Positions 44,901 to 56,900 of a DNA stretch of 64,000 nt are shown here, in pieces. How positions within the stretch are numbered: position 1 is the first letter of the stretch; each line of letters begins with the position of its first letter. The translations under genes and the position numbers were made by a program. Under the pieces are notes generated by a model that was given only the letters and a program-made list of their open reading frames with translations, had not been told where the DNA came from and searched no databases. Source of the DNA: Chrysemys picta bellii. Lineage: Eukaryota. The stretch is from positions 84,754,001-84,818,000 of the forward strand of contig NC_088793.1 of NCBI RefSeq assembly GCF_011386835.1, given 5' to 3'.

Positions 44901-47900
44901 AGTGTAGGCAAGGGAGAATGGTGCCGGGATTCTGCTAACACAGAAACTGCACCTCTCATTGAAGCTGCAGCACTCAGCACTGGGTCAGACTGGGATGACT
45001 CTGACTGTGGGCTGAGCAGCACTTCCATCAGCAGGAATTACAGCCTGGCCTTCCTATCCTTCTTCATCCTAGGCTTGAACTCTGGCACCCCAGTGTTCAT
45101 GGGTGCCTCTCCCAAGCATGCGAGGAAGGTATTGTGCAAGTTGCTAACTGGCATAGGCCTGGAGTAAAAAGCACCCGGTGACCAGGGCACACCTTGGTAC
45201 CATGAATAGAAAGACCCCAAACGGGGAAATGACAAATCCAAAAAAATTGCTTTTTTAAACTAAGAACTAGACTAACAATATATATACACTATGTTACACA
45301 AAGGCCGAGAGAAGAATTGTTCCAGCATAGAACAGAGTTCCAACATAAATTGTGGGCAGTAAGAAGGAACTGGCTCTGCCCTTCATACCTTCACAAAGTG
45401 GCATGTGTCAGGAGTGGGAGCTCAAGATACCAAATGGGTACCACAGAGGGGAAAAGTTTCCAATGCCCATGTGCTGGGTGCACAGACACCAAGAGTGGAA
45501 TGCACATGTGCAATCATTCAAAGAAGAACTGAAAAATGATAAAGCAAGAGTCTGTAAGACCAAATGCAGGTCCCACTCTGGGATGATAGTCACAGGGCTC
45601 TCCAAACTAGTGATAAGGCATTTAATGGCGCTTGAGGCTCATGGGTGGTTGATCAGGGATTCTGTTGTTCCAGCTCATTGCACACTCCTGAGGATCAAGA
45701 CATGTCCTTGACTCCTCATTGGAACCACCACTACATCTTCAAAAAAAAAAAAAAAAACCAAAACCCCACCAGATTTACCCAGATTTGATGTAATTCTATC
45801 CAGTTTTGGAGATAACCATAGATGTCTAGGATTCTAGGATTTCTAGGGTCAAGCTAGTTATCCATGCACAAGAAGAATTTTATCCAGGTGGCCAAGAAAG
45901 TTTTACAAGGTTGACTCCCTGACTGTGACTAGTAAACTATTAATTAATCTATTAGAGAAGACCTCAGTGCTCTGAAAGCTCCGCAGAGACACAAAGCATG
46001 TGAAGAACCTGATAAAGAAGATAAACTTTCCGTTAGCTAAAAAAACAACAACCCATGTAAAGCAAGAGGTTAAAAATAACAAAAGGCAGGGGAGAGCTGA
46101 ACCACTGAACACATTACTCTATCACAGGCAAGACTTCTGGTGAGTGGAAGTAAAGGATGTGGTCTTGCCCAGAGTCCCCTAGCAACAACACTGAACTGCC
46201 TCCTATATCTGCATAGAAAGCTCAGTCACAAACCAGGGAGATGTTAGACTCCTGAATACACTGGAGAGGAGAGCTTGCCCTCTCTGGGCTAGCTACAGAT
46301 GAAAAGTTCTTTAGGCCACCCTAGTCACCTGTGTATCCAGGAGCAGTGAAGAGTCAAATAATAAGCTGACATGAACAACTGAGACAAAATTTAGGCATAC
46401 TCCCTAAGTGGCGAAAGCAGTCCTTACACCTGTCAATTCCAAAAGATGTTTTATTCTATCAACAAGTATCACTTCAATCTTCTATGAACTGAGTTTAAGT
46501 CAGCTAACTTTCATTAAGGATTGTATTTATCTATCTACTGGGAAAGTAAGGAGATCCTAAATAATGTAGGTTCAATAAGAATGAGATGCAGAACTGAAAA
46601 TCATCAGCATACTGGTAGTATAACAGTCCATAAGTAAGGGTAAATTTAGTCATGGGTATTTTTAGTAAAAGTCATTGGCAATAAACAAAAATTCATGGCC
46701 CGTGACCTGTCCATGACTATTACTATAAATACCCCTGACTAAATCTTAGCTGCTCCTAGGGCCCTGGAGTGCTGCTGTTCGGGACAGCGGGGGACCCTGG
46801 GGTTGACTGCCCCATACCACCCACTGCTCTGAGGCCCCTGGGAACCGCTGCTCCGACAACCTCTGGGGTGGCCCCTGGGACCACTGCTCCAGGGCCACCC
46901 CCGGGACTGCTGCTGCTCAGGCAGCCCTGAAGCCAGCTGCCTGAGGCCACCCAAGGAGCAACTGGTGCAGCTGGCCCTGGGGACAGCTGCTTGGGTGACC
47001 CTGGGGTCAGCCACACTGGCCGCTGCAACTGTGGAAGTCATGGGAGGTCCTGGAAAGTCACGGAATCCGTGACCTCTGTGACAGACTCACAGCCTTACCC
47101 ATACATTTTGAAATTTTCCCCAGTGACCTCACAAACAAGCTAGCAGGTCAACAACACTTGACTATGGTAAAGGCTGCTAAAAGATCTAATTATATCATCA
47201 TGTACATTTGACCCGTGTCCTTCCCTAGAAAGTTACTGATGCAGCTTTTTGTATCATAACGAGATCTAATTTAGTGGATCAGTACCATTACAGTGACTCC
47301 AACCAGTTTTAAAATGGTTCAGGTTGCCCAAGACTGGCTTACACTATAGCTCCAGCTAGCTTTAAAAGCAATTCTTTTTGTTGTGTTTTAAAACTAGTTA
47401 ATTTGGGGGGGGGGGGAGGGGGAATTTCCCTAGTACGGTGATAAAGTAACATTAGAGTCTCACAATATTTTTTGGGGGGCCTACTAATACCTCTTTCACC
47501 TTGGTGCCCTATATATTTGCCAAAAACGTGTTTATATGTACTATGCTATATATAGTATTTATTTTTAAGAATCAGACTTCAGAAGAATGGGGAAATCAGA
47601 TGAGTCAGTGATAGAATTTTTATCTAAAAATATTATATAAAAGAATTCATTCCATTTATTCAATTAATGCTATTACTATAGCACATTTTACCATACCTTT
47701 TAAATGATAGGCCACAAACAGCAGAGCAGTTTTTTTTACACTTAAGAACGGAAACTTTGGCTTTAAACAGCCCACTTCATTCATAGCTTTTATTAGAGCA
47801 GTTGCTATCCCCTGAAGAAATAGAAATTGTTTTAAGAAGGCCATGTAGCAAGGACTTGAACACAGTATACCAAAAATACATTAAAGGTCTGATCCTGCTG

Positions 47901-50900
47901 TCACGTAAGTCTATCTGTATAAGTTTTGATATACCATGGTGTTTGAGCATCTAAATAAATGGGAGTTTTGTTACTGACTTCAACAGGAGTAAAATGTTAT
48001 CTTTTCCATCCATGTTATAGAAAATAAAATGCCTGTTTAGTATTTATTTTAATAACACTTTCCCATGGCAAGTTGCCATACTGTTAGCAACGCCATGTAA
48101 GTTTTACGTGAGAGTGTGCGCAAACATATGTATATGAACATGCATGGCCAGACCTGCCAGTGCAGTGTAGCTACTCCATGCTGTACTGTACTATCATCAT
48201 ACTCAGCTCATGAACCCAGTTTAACTTTCAGAGGATCACCCCAGAACAAGAGTGATCCTCCAATGCCACAGAGCCAAAATAGAGATTCTTATGTCACATA
48301 CTCTCCTTGTTGCCAACACAGCATGGAAAAGAAGGCAAGCTTCTGGGAGCAGGATCTATGTTTTTGTTATGCGTTTGTACAAAACAGCACTACGCTATGA
48401 TTAAGACCCCTAAGTGCAACTGCAATAAAAACTAAAACAACAAACAGGAATGCCCTATACCATGCCGGTCCTCTGTATCCTTGGTCCTCCATCACCATTA
48501 AAGGCTGGCTTAAGTTACAGCCGCTCTCTATGCACAAAGCAGCACCAATATTAGAGCAGTACAAAGGTCAGCTTTATACCACCTGCACATCCCACCTACA
48601 ATGGATTAGTGGATGCAAAGATGGATTAGGGGGCAGATGATATGGTCATAGGCCTCTGACAAACTGAATGGGCATGGATATTAGCTCCATATGTATTTTA
48701 CACAAAAACACTATGTATGTAGTAGTATAACTCTGTGATAAATTAGAGAGCCATAAGATAAATGGAGGAACTTTGGGATAAATTTTATTACATTGTTCTG
48801 CAGTTTATCATGTATCTTTGATCACCTCACCTGGATTCTGCCCATTAATTAATCTTCCCCAGGACTGCTTTAAGATTACAAATCTCCGAATAGCTTCAAA
48901 CAGCTGCCATTTTTTATACTACCAGTAGTATCCTCCCTTAACTGTAAGTACATATATTACCATGATCTTTATTGAATTTCTATTAATAAAATCAAGATTA
49001 ATAATACATTTTAAAATAAAAAGCAAAAATCAGAAGACACAGTATGATCCTATGTTGTAGCTTAAATTTAATTTAAATTAAAGAAGCAAAAACTAGCCTG
49101 TTCAAGATATCCAGTCAGGGGAAGAGCAGTACGTAGAACTGGTTCCTTTATTGGAGGGAGTTTATGTGGAAGCTTCTGATTCCAGTACTTTTCTGGTAAC
49201 CTAAGACAAAGAAGTTAAGTGCTTTCAAGACAGAAAATATGAAATGATTAAAAGTTAAAATAAAAGTTAATAAATTCACCTCATAAACTTCTGGAGTTTT
49301 TCTTCATTTTCAAAAATATATAGCTTATCTCGATATTCCACAGCATACTCAATGGTGCCAGGTACCAAGGCTTCGTATCTCAAAAGACAGAATAAGAAAC
49401 AAGTATATATCTACAAGGAATATGAAGCATCACTTGTGCTATTTAAATACATTAAAAATTAGGACTGTTCTGATCTAATAGCTCTACTAATTACAAAAAC
49501 AACTGGGTATGATAGTTCATGCTCCCATCATGTGACTGACAGAGCTACTCATAGCTCACAATTTGAATCGGGTACATTGCCTCAATAAGGAACATGGGCC
49601 CTACTCTAGACTTGCCTGTAAACAGCCTCCTACAGGGACTGTTTCTCTGGATGAATATTTTTGAAGCTGAGAAGGGGTGGTCTAGAGCTGGCTATGCTAG
49701 CTTTATCCCAACCATGGATTTTCCCACAATGAGTGAATGCCCAGCTACCTTTTTAGGAGAACTTTGTGGCCTTACTGTGTGATACTGGTGGCTCAATTTG
49801 TATCTTCTTAGAATGTCTGAGATTTGGGTGCCATTTTGAATAATTAACAACTTGAAAACCCAAAGTAAATCTTGGTTGAAACCATTCAAACCATGCAAGT
49901 TTTGTCACAATCAAAAATAAGGCTACAGAGATCCTCTCCTCACAGGACGTACTCCCCTCCAAAAGGTTCAAGCTCACCCATATGTTTAGCCATCTTTAGA
50001 GAAGGTAGGGGAGGGAGTCCTATGTGATCTATTATTAAGGTTAAGATTCTGTCACGGTTATTTTTAGTAAAAGTCAGGGATAGGCACTGGCAATAACCAA
50101 AAATTTACGGAAGACCTGTCCCTGACTTTTACTAGAAATAACTGTGACAAAATGGGGAGGAGGGGATCCAACACCCACCATTGCTGCTGCTTTTGGGTTC
50201 CCCAGGCACCCTTGGTGGCTCAGAGATCCATGGTCCCCCTGCCACTAGGGTGGCTGAGAGTGCCGAGGTTCCCACTGCCACCTGCAGCAGCTGGGATCTG
50301 TGGGGGCCCCATGTGGTGGCTGGGAAGGGGTCCTGCCCCCCACGGTATCTAGGAGCTCCAGGGTCCTGCCCCCACCGCCGACAGTGGCTGAGAGCTCCGG
50401 GGGTCCCCCCACCGCCTGTAGTGGCTGGGAGCTGCAGCCCTGCCCCCACAGTGGCTGGGAGCTGCAGTGGGCCCCGCTGCCTGTGGCAGCTGAGAGCTCT
50501 GGGACCCCGCTGCTGGCTGACAGCTACAGCCCCGCCAGCTCGGGGTTGAAGCGGAAAATGTCAGAGGACGCTGGAAGTCACGGATTCCATGACCTCCATG
50601 ACATAATCTTAGCCTTATCTATTATGTATTAAGTGACAATAATATGCTTCGCACTGTACAAGATACAAAAGAAGAAACAGTCCCAGCCTCAAAGAGCTTA
50701 CAGTATAAGAACCTCTCCCAATCTATCCCCCAAAGTCTTCAAGAGGTAGCCATCTGGTCAACTCTCTTCCCTACTTGTTTCAGGGGGCCTGTTAGTAGTA
50801 GGTCTGCTCCTTAGCTCCAGGAAAGATCTTTGCAGGGATAACAAACCTGTTTGCTCTCCACCTGCTTTGTCTGCTGGAGGTGTGTAGAAGCTGATCCTCT

Positions 50901-53900
50901 TGAGGATGCTCTACTGGCTGGCCTCATTCTGCTCATTAGAAATACTTCAGAGCACACCCATGTTAACAGAATTTCAAATTAGTAGGATATCTTTCAGCCT
51001 CAGAATGAGGCTAATGTGGCATCAACAGCAGCTAAAGCAGTAGACTTTTTAACTACCACTACTGCAGAAAGCAAAAGGACCAGTCATGTCACCAGTCCCT
51101 AAAAGACACTTATAGATCTTGAGGAGAGGAGAGATGGCCTACTGGCTGCCCATTCACCCACCATAGAAGAAAAAGACTGGAGCAGTCTCACAGGCTGCCC
51201 TGTGAAAATATCAGAAGGAATGAAGGATGGAAGGCTACTGGACCCCACTAGACAGTAGCGAAAAACAGGAGTAGGAACTCTGTTTTTTTGGGGAACACAA
51301 ATCTATGCTGGTTTAGCCCGCTTCATGTTTTATGTAATCTCTTCAATGTTTCAGGTTCATAATGAAGCCCGAAGCCAAGTGGGTTTCAAAAGTTTATTTT
51401 ACAAAAGTTTTGCAAGGGCACAATGTAAAGAATTGTAATTGTTGTTTCTGTTGAAAAGAGAAAAGCAGTACTTTGTCAGGGTCCTTTTTTTTTTTTAAAT
51501 AAATATTCTGGGAAATGTAAGGATTTACCTTTGTTTTCCATCTAGGTAAGTGACTGGACAGTATCCTTGCATTTCAGCCTTTTTAGGGAATAAGGCCTTC
51601 ACTTCTGCCATTGTCAGTTTCTTTGGTAGCATATCTGGTGAGGGAAGAGGATGAGGTGCTAATGGTGGCACATACAACTCTGGTGCATTCAAGAATTCCT
51701 GTAGTAAGAGAAAATAAACGTTTGTATTACAAAAGAAACATAGCATTATATAAACATTATACAAGCTACACGAGATGTGGCTTATTGCATTCTGGCTCTG
51801 CTGCTCTTTCTTGCTGCTACTTCCCTTCCTTTCACAGATGCAGTACCTGCTCCTAGTTAAGCTACCCTTCATCCTATCCCACCCTTGCTGAGGCCATTGA
51901 GTCCCTTAAAAAAAGAACAGGAGTACTTGTGGCACCTTAGAGACTAACAAATTTATTAGAGCATAAGCTTTCGTGGGCTACGCACATTCAATTCTGCCTG
52001 TGAAGCCATTTTGTAATAGTGTCCTCGAAACTCTGCTGCAGACTGCAATGATGAGGTTACAGAGCAGTCAACCAGTTCACCCTTTTTTGCGAGGCTGACA
52101 GGACAATATTGTCCAAACTCTCCCAGCCGAGACTGCAGCTCTTGGGGTGTGATACATAAATCAGCAATACTGGCTGCTTTTCCTGTCGATAACAGAATAA
52201 AATGTTATTTTGTAACATTTAAACATTTTTCACATGCAGTACAAAATGTTGCCGTTTTGAGGATTATATACTTTGTGGAAATGTAACACTTATACTCAAT
52301 GATGAGAATCACAAACTGGCAATCTTTATAAATAATTTGATTATTAAAGTAACTAGTTGGCAAAATATTTTATTAATTTATGTTGGTAATCTTTTCTTTA
52401 GCAATTACTTAAGAAATACAATAGCTAATGTTGCAGGTTCCTACTTATGATTAATTTATTAGTCAGCTTTCTTTGAGGTAGTTTAGCATTACAGGTGTAC
52501 TGTTTCATTCCTCTGATGCAAAGGAACATTTCAATTGTTATTTGATTTCTTGACATGAATGAGAATGAGTTTAAATTAGAATGTGATAAAAACTCTCATT
52601 TATTCACCCCAGTCTTACAAACTTGAGGGTCTAGCTAACAGAGTTATTCAAGATCTTTTGGAATAAAATATCTAAGAAAATCCAATTTATATTTTAAAAG
52701 TCTGATGTTCAAATTATAGATTAAAGAGGAATTAAATATTATTTGGGTTATGACTGAAGTTTAGAAGATTGAAGTTCAGCTGTCAATATGAGGGCTGTAA
52801 CAGGTGAAGCAAAAGGAGGATGTAAAATAAGGCAGCATGTCTTTCCTCCACAAGCATTCTAACTTACATTGCACCATCCTCAAGGATAGCTGTGGCCAAA
52901 CTCAACCCTGGTGTAAGATAACTCAACAATTAAAATGTGTCAGTTTATGCCAGGACTGTATTTGATCCCCAAAGAATAGCAATTTGGTCCCCACAGAACA
53001 ACAAACCAATTCAAGTAACATTTGTTATGTACTCATACTAATAGCAAATCAATGCATATTATGTTAGTTCGCCACTTACACCCCTCACCCCAGTTACATT
53101 TGGAAGACGAGAAAATATCTGCCTCTGCTTCTGTGTTCCTGGATCTCAGGCACCAGCTCTTATCCTCTCTATTGCCAGCAGATTTCTCTAAATGGGATTG
53201 TCCCCTCAGAGACCATGGATTTATTTATTCATATATTTAAACTTAATAAAAGTGTGAAGATTGTATATGGATGCTTTGTATTCATGCAGTCTTTAAAAAC
53301 TACAATAGAATCAATAAAAAGAACAGGAGTACTCGTGGCACCTTAGAGACTAACAAATTTATTAGAGCATAAGCTTTCGTGGACTACAGCCCACTTCTTC
53401 GGATGCACGAAAGCTTATGCTCTAATAAATTTGTTAGTCTCTAAGGTGCCACAAGTACTCCTGTTCTTTTTGCGGATACAGACTAACACGGCTGCTACTC
53501 TGAAATAGAATCAATGTACTCACTACACTCCCAAATAGTAAACACTCCCATTCACCCCGCCCATCCACTCAGGCTTCTTCCATGAAGAAGCCAGGGAGTG
53601 GAGGCAGGACTTGCAGAGACACTTTGTTATCAAATTCCATCCTCTGGCAAAATGCAAGATGCTTCTGTACTTCACAGTAGCAGAATCTGTAATGCCTTCA
53701 CAGAGTGGCAGATAGCAACAGAATCCTTATTAGCTGGTAGGAGAAGAGGAATCAACGTATGGATCCTGAGGAATCTGAGGTATCTAACTCACAGAGGACT
53801 GCTAAGGAGCCAAGGACCAAGTAAAGCTTCTGTTTCCTGCCTTCCTGTGACTCCTAGTTCCTTGCTTTCCAACCTCACTAATTCCCAGACAAACAAAAAT

Positions 53901-56900
53901 TTTGTTAAGGTTGAGTGTACACTCGGTAAAAAACCAAAAGCTTAGAGAGACATGGTAGGTGATGTACTATCTTTTACTGTTGAGCTTCTGTAGGTGAAGG
54001 ACAAATTTTCAAGCTACACAGCTCTTCTTCAGGACATCTGTGTAGCTTGAAAGCTGTGTAGCTCTCTTTCACAAATACAAGTTGGTCCAATGAAAGATAT
54101 TGCCTCATTCACTTTGTCTCTCTAATATCCTGGGACCAACACAGCTACAACACTGCAAAAAACAAACCTTGTAAGATTAACCTTAATTCTGAATTTTCTG
54201 TGTTTATAAATGTATTTTTATTTATACCAGTTTATAAAACAAAGCATCAGTCGTAGGCTGAGCATCCTTAATAAGTATTTCAAATATATAAGTAGAATAA
54301 AAGGTCTCTTCCAGTGCCTCCCACTATACAATACTCTGGCAATCACAAAAGTATAAACAAAACTTCAACCCCCAAACAGATTCTACTGCACTACCTAACA
54401 ACCTAAACAGGAAATTTTTGAGGATTTGGGAAGGAAACTGAAGGTCAGCAAACTCAGGCTACTTTGTAACAAGGAGTGAAGGGTAAGGAAGCAAATTCCA
54501 AAAGATGCTAAGGAGTCCTACTGGAGAATATCTTAATTGCAACTCCCTTTCATATCAACTGGGCTCCACCTCAACCAACTCTGCTGACCTCAGCTGTGAT
54601 AATCTGTCACAAGGAGAGACAGGGGGTCTCTTAAGGCTTGTCTACACAAACTTTTAGTTTGTGGCAAGGTGGGGACAAGTCCTTAGACCTTGTCTAAACT
54701 GGAAAAATGCATCATAGGGCTTGTCTACACAGAGAAGATGCACCAGTTTAACTTAAAATGGTTTAAGAACTGATTTACTTAAATCGATGCACACTCTTTT
54801 TGTGGACATACTTATAGCAGTTTAAAACCAGTAATAGCAGTTTAGCTTGCATTAGTAAATTTAAAGGTGCAAACTAAACAGATATAATTCAGGTTTAAAT
54901 TGATTTTAGAACATCCGCACATTAAATTGCATTGGTTTAAGGAGGGACACCTGGAACATGGGTTTGCGTCCTTGACCATCTTGGCTAATAGCCATTGATG
55001 GATCACGAACTTGCCTAATTCTTTTCTGAACCCAGTTATACTTCACAATATCCACTGAGAGTTCCACAGGTTGACTGTGCGATGTGAGAAGAAGTACATC
55101 CTTCTGTTTGTTTTAAACCTGCCGCTTATTAATTTCATTACCTCTATTTCTTGTGTTATGTGAAGGGATAAATAACACTTCCCTATTCATTTTCTCTATA
55201 CTAGTCATGATTTTATAGATCTCTATCATATCCCCCTTTAGTCTCTTCTTTTTGAAACTGAACAGTCCCAGGCTTTTTAATCTCTCCTCGTATAGAAACT
55301 GTTCCATACTCCAAACTAATCATTTTTGTTGCCCTTCTCTTTACCTGTTCCAACTCTAGTAAATCTTTTTTTTAGATGGGATGACTAGAATCGCATGGAT
55401 TTAAATAGTTGTATTATGATATTTTCTGTTTTATTATCAATCCCCTTTCCTAATGGTTCCTAATATTCTGTTAGCTTTTTTTGACCGCTGCTGCAGTCAG
55501 CAGATATTTTCAGAGAATTATCCATGATGACTCCAAGATCTCTTTTTTGAGTGGAAACAGCTAATTTAGACCCCATTATTTTATATGTATAGTTGGGATG
55601 ATTTTTTCCAATGTGCATTATTTTGCACTTATCAACATTGTATTTCATCAGTCATTTTGTTGCCCAGTCACCTAGTTTTGTAAGATCCCTTTGTAACTCT
55701 TCACAATCAGCTTTGGACTTAACTATCTTGAGTAATTTAGTATCATCTGTAAACGTTGCCACCTCACTGTTTACCCCCTTTTCCAGATCATTTACGATTA
55801 TGTTGGATAGCACAAGTCTCAATACAGATCTTTGGGGGACCCCGCTATTTAGCTCTTTCCATTGTGAAAACTGACCATTTATTCTTACCCTTTGTTTCCG
55901 ATCTCTTAACCAGTTACTGATCCATGGGAGTCCATTTCCTCTTACTCCATGACTGCTTACCTCGTCCCCTAGAGCGCTTTAACATAGTGTTGTGCGTGTT
56001 AAAGCGCACTAGGGAACTTTTAGTGTGCACCAGCAGGATCTACATGGACCAATTAATGCATAACTCACTAGTACGCTTTAGAAATCACACCCCTGTAGAG
56101 TGCATTACTTCACCATGTAGACAAGCTCTTTGTTAACGTAATGTAACATGGTGTAGACAAGAGACTCATGTTTAAAACCAATAGCATTAACCACGACCAA
56201 CTAACATGTTCAGCCTCTATCTATGCAAGTTGTGTTTTGCATCACACTAGATAACATTTATTAGTTTCTGACATGATGCATTTTCCCAGTGTAGTCAAGA
56301 TATTAGATTTTTTTATAAGTACTATTTTCTTGTAAGACTTTTATTACTACTAAGTAACTGAAATGTGCTCTGAAACTTAAATCCAGCTTAAAATGTTTTT
56401 GCCTGGGTTTTATTGCTTTGTATAATTTGAAGTAAATTAAAATTGAATCTAAATGTGACACAATGGGTTCCTTAAATTACAATTACAAAGCAGCAAGCAC
56501 TATTTTTAAACAGCAATTCTTCTTTTACCTTCTCTTATTCTTTCCAAATATGTCTGGATCTGTTTAATGATCACCTGAACTTCCTCAAATATTTTGTTCC
56601 AGACCCACCACTTGCTGCGGAATGCATCAACCACACACCAGTTCTGATGTTCCTTCTCATAGTAAGTCCTAATAGCATCAATTTGCTTTTTATAGCAGGA
56701 GTTCTGAATAGCTAGAATCTGTGAGCTGTCATGTATAGGATAAGGTGGACTGAAGAAAATAAAAAATAGCAATGATTTAGGAAACAGCGTAGACATAAGA
56801 AGAATCAAAAACATACAAAATATATATTTTCCCTGATGATTATCTGATTGAATGTCAAAATTTATACATTAGAGTTCACTATCAATATTTTTTTCATTAC

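Noticed and set aside
44531-45167. 165-aa and 199-aa opposing ORFs
   Set aside because: Degenerate DIRS ORF1 and its antisense shadow.
47045-47056. 11/12 match to the ZBTB24 binding consensus as recalled (CT[G/T]CCAGGACCT), suggesting autoregulation
   Set aside because: It lies in a MITE, is absent from the sister copy at 50036-50617, and one such match is near chance expectation in 64 kb.
53316-53471. CRISPR-like repeats or a pre-miRNA
   Set aside because: Vertebrate DNA with no regular repeat-spacer array; the hairpin is explained by inverted retroelement pieces with a TSD.
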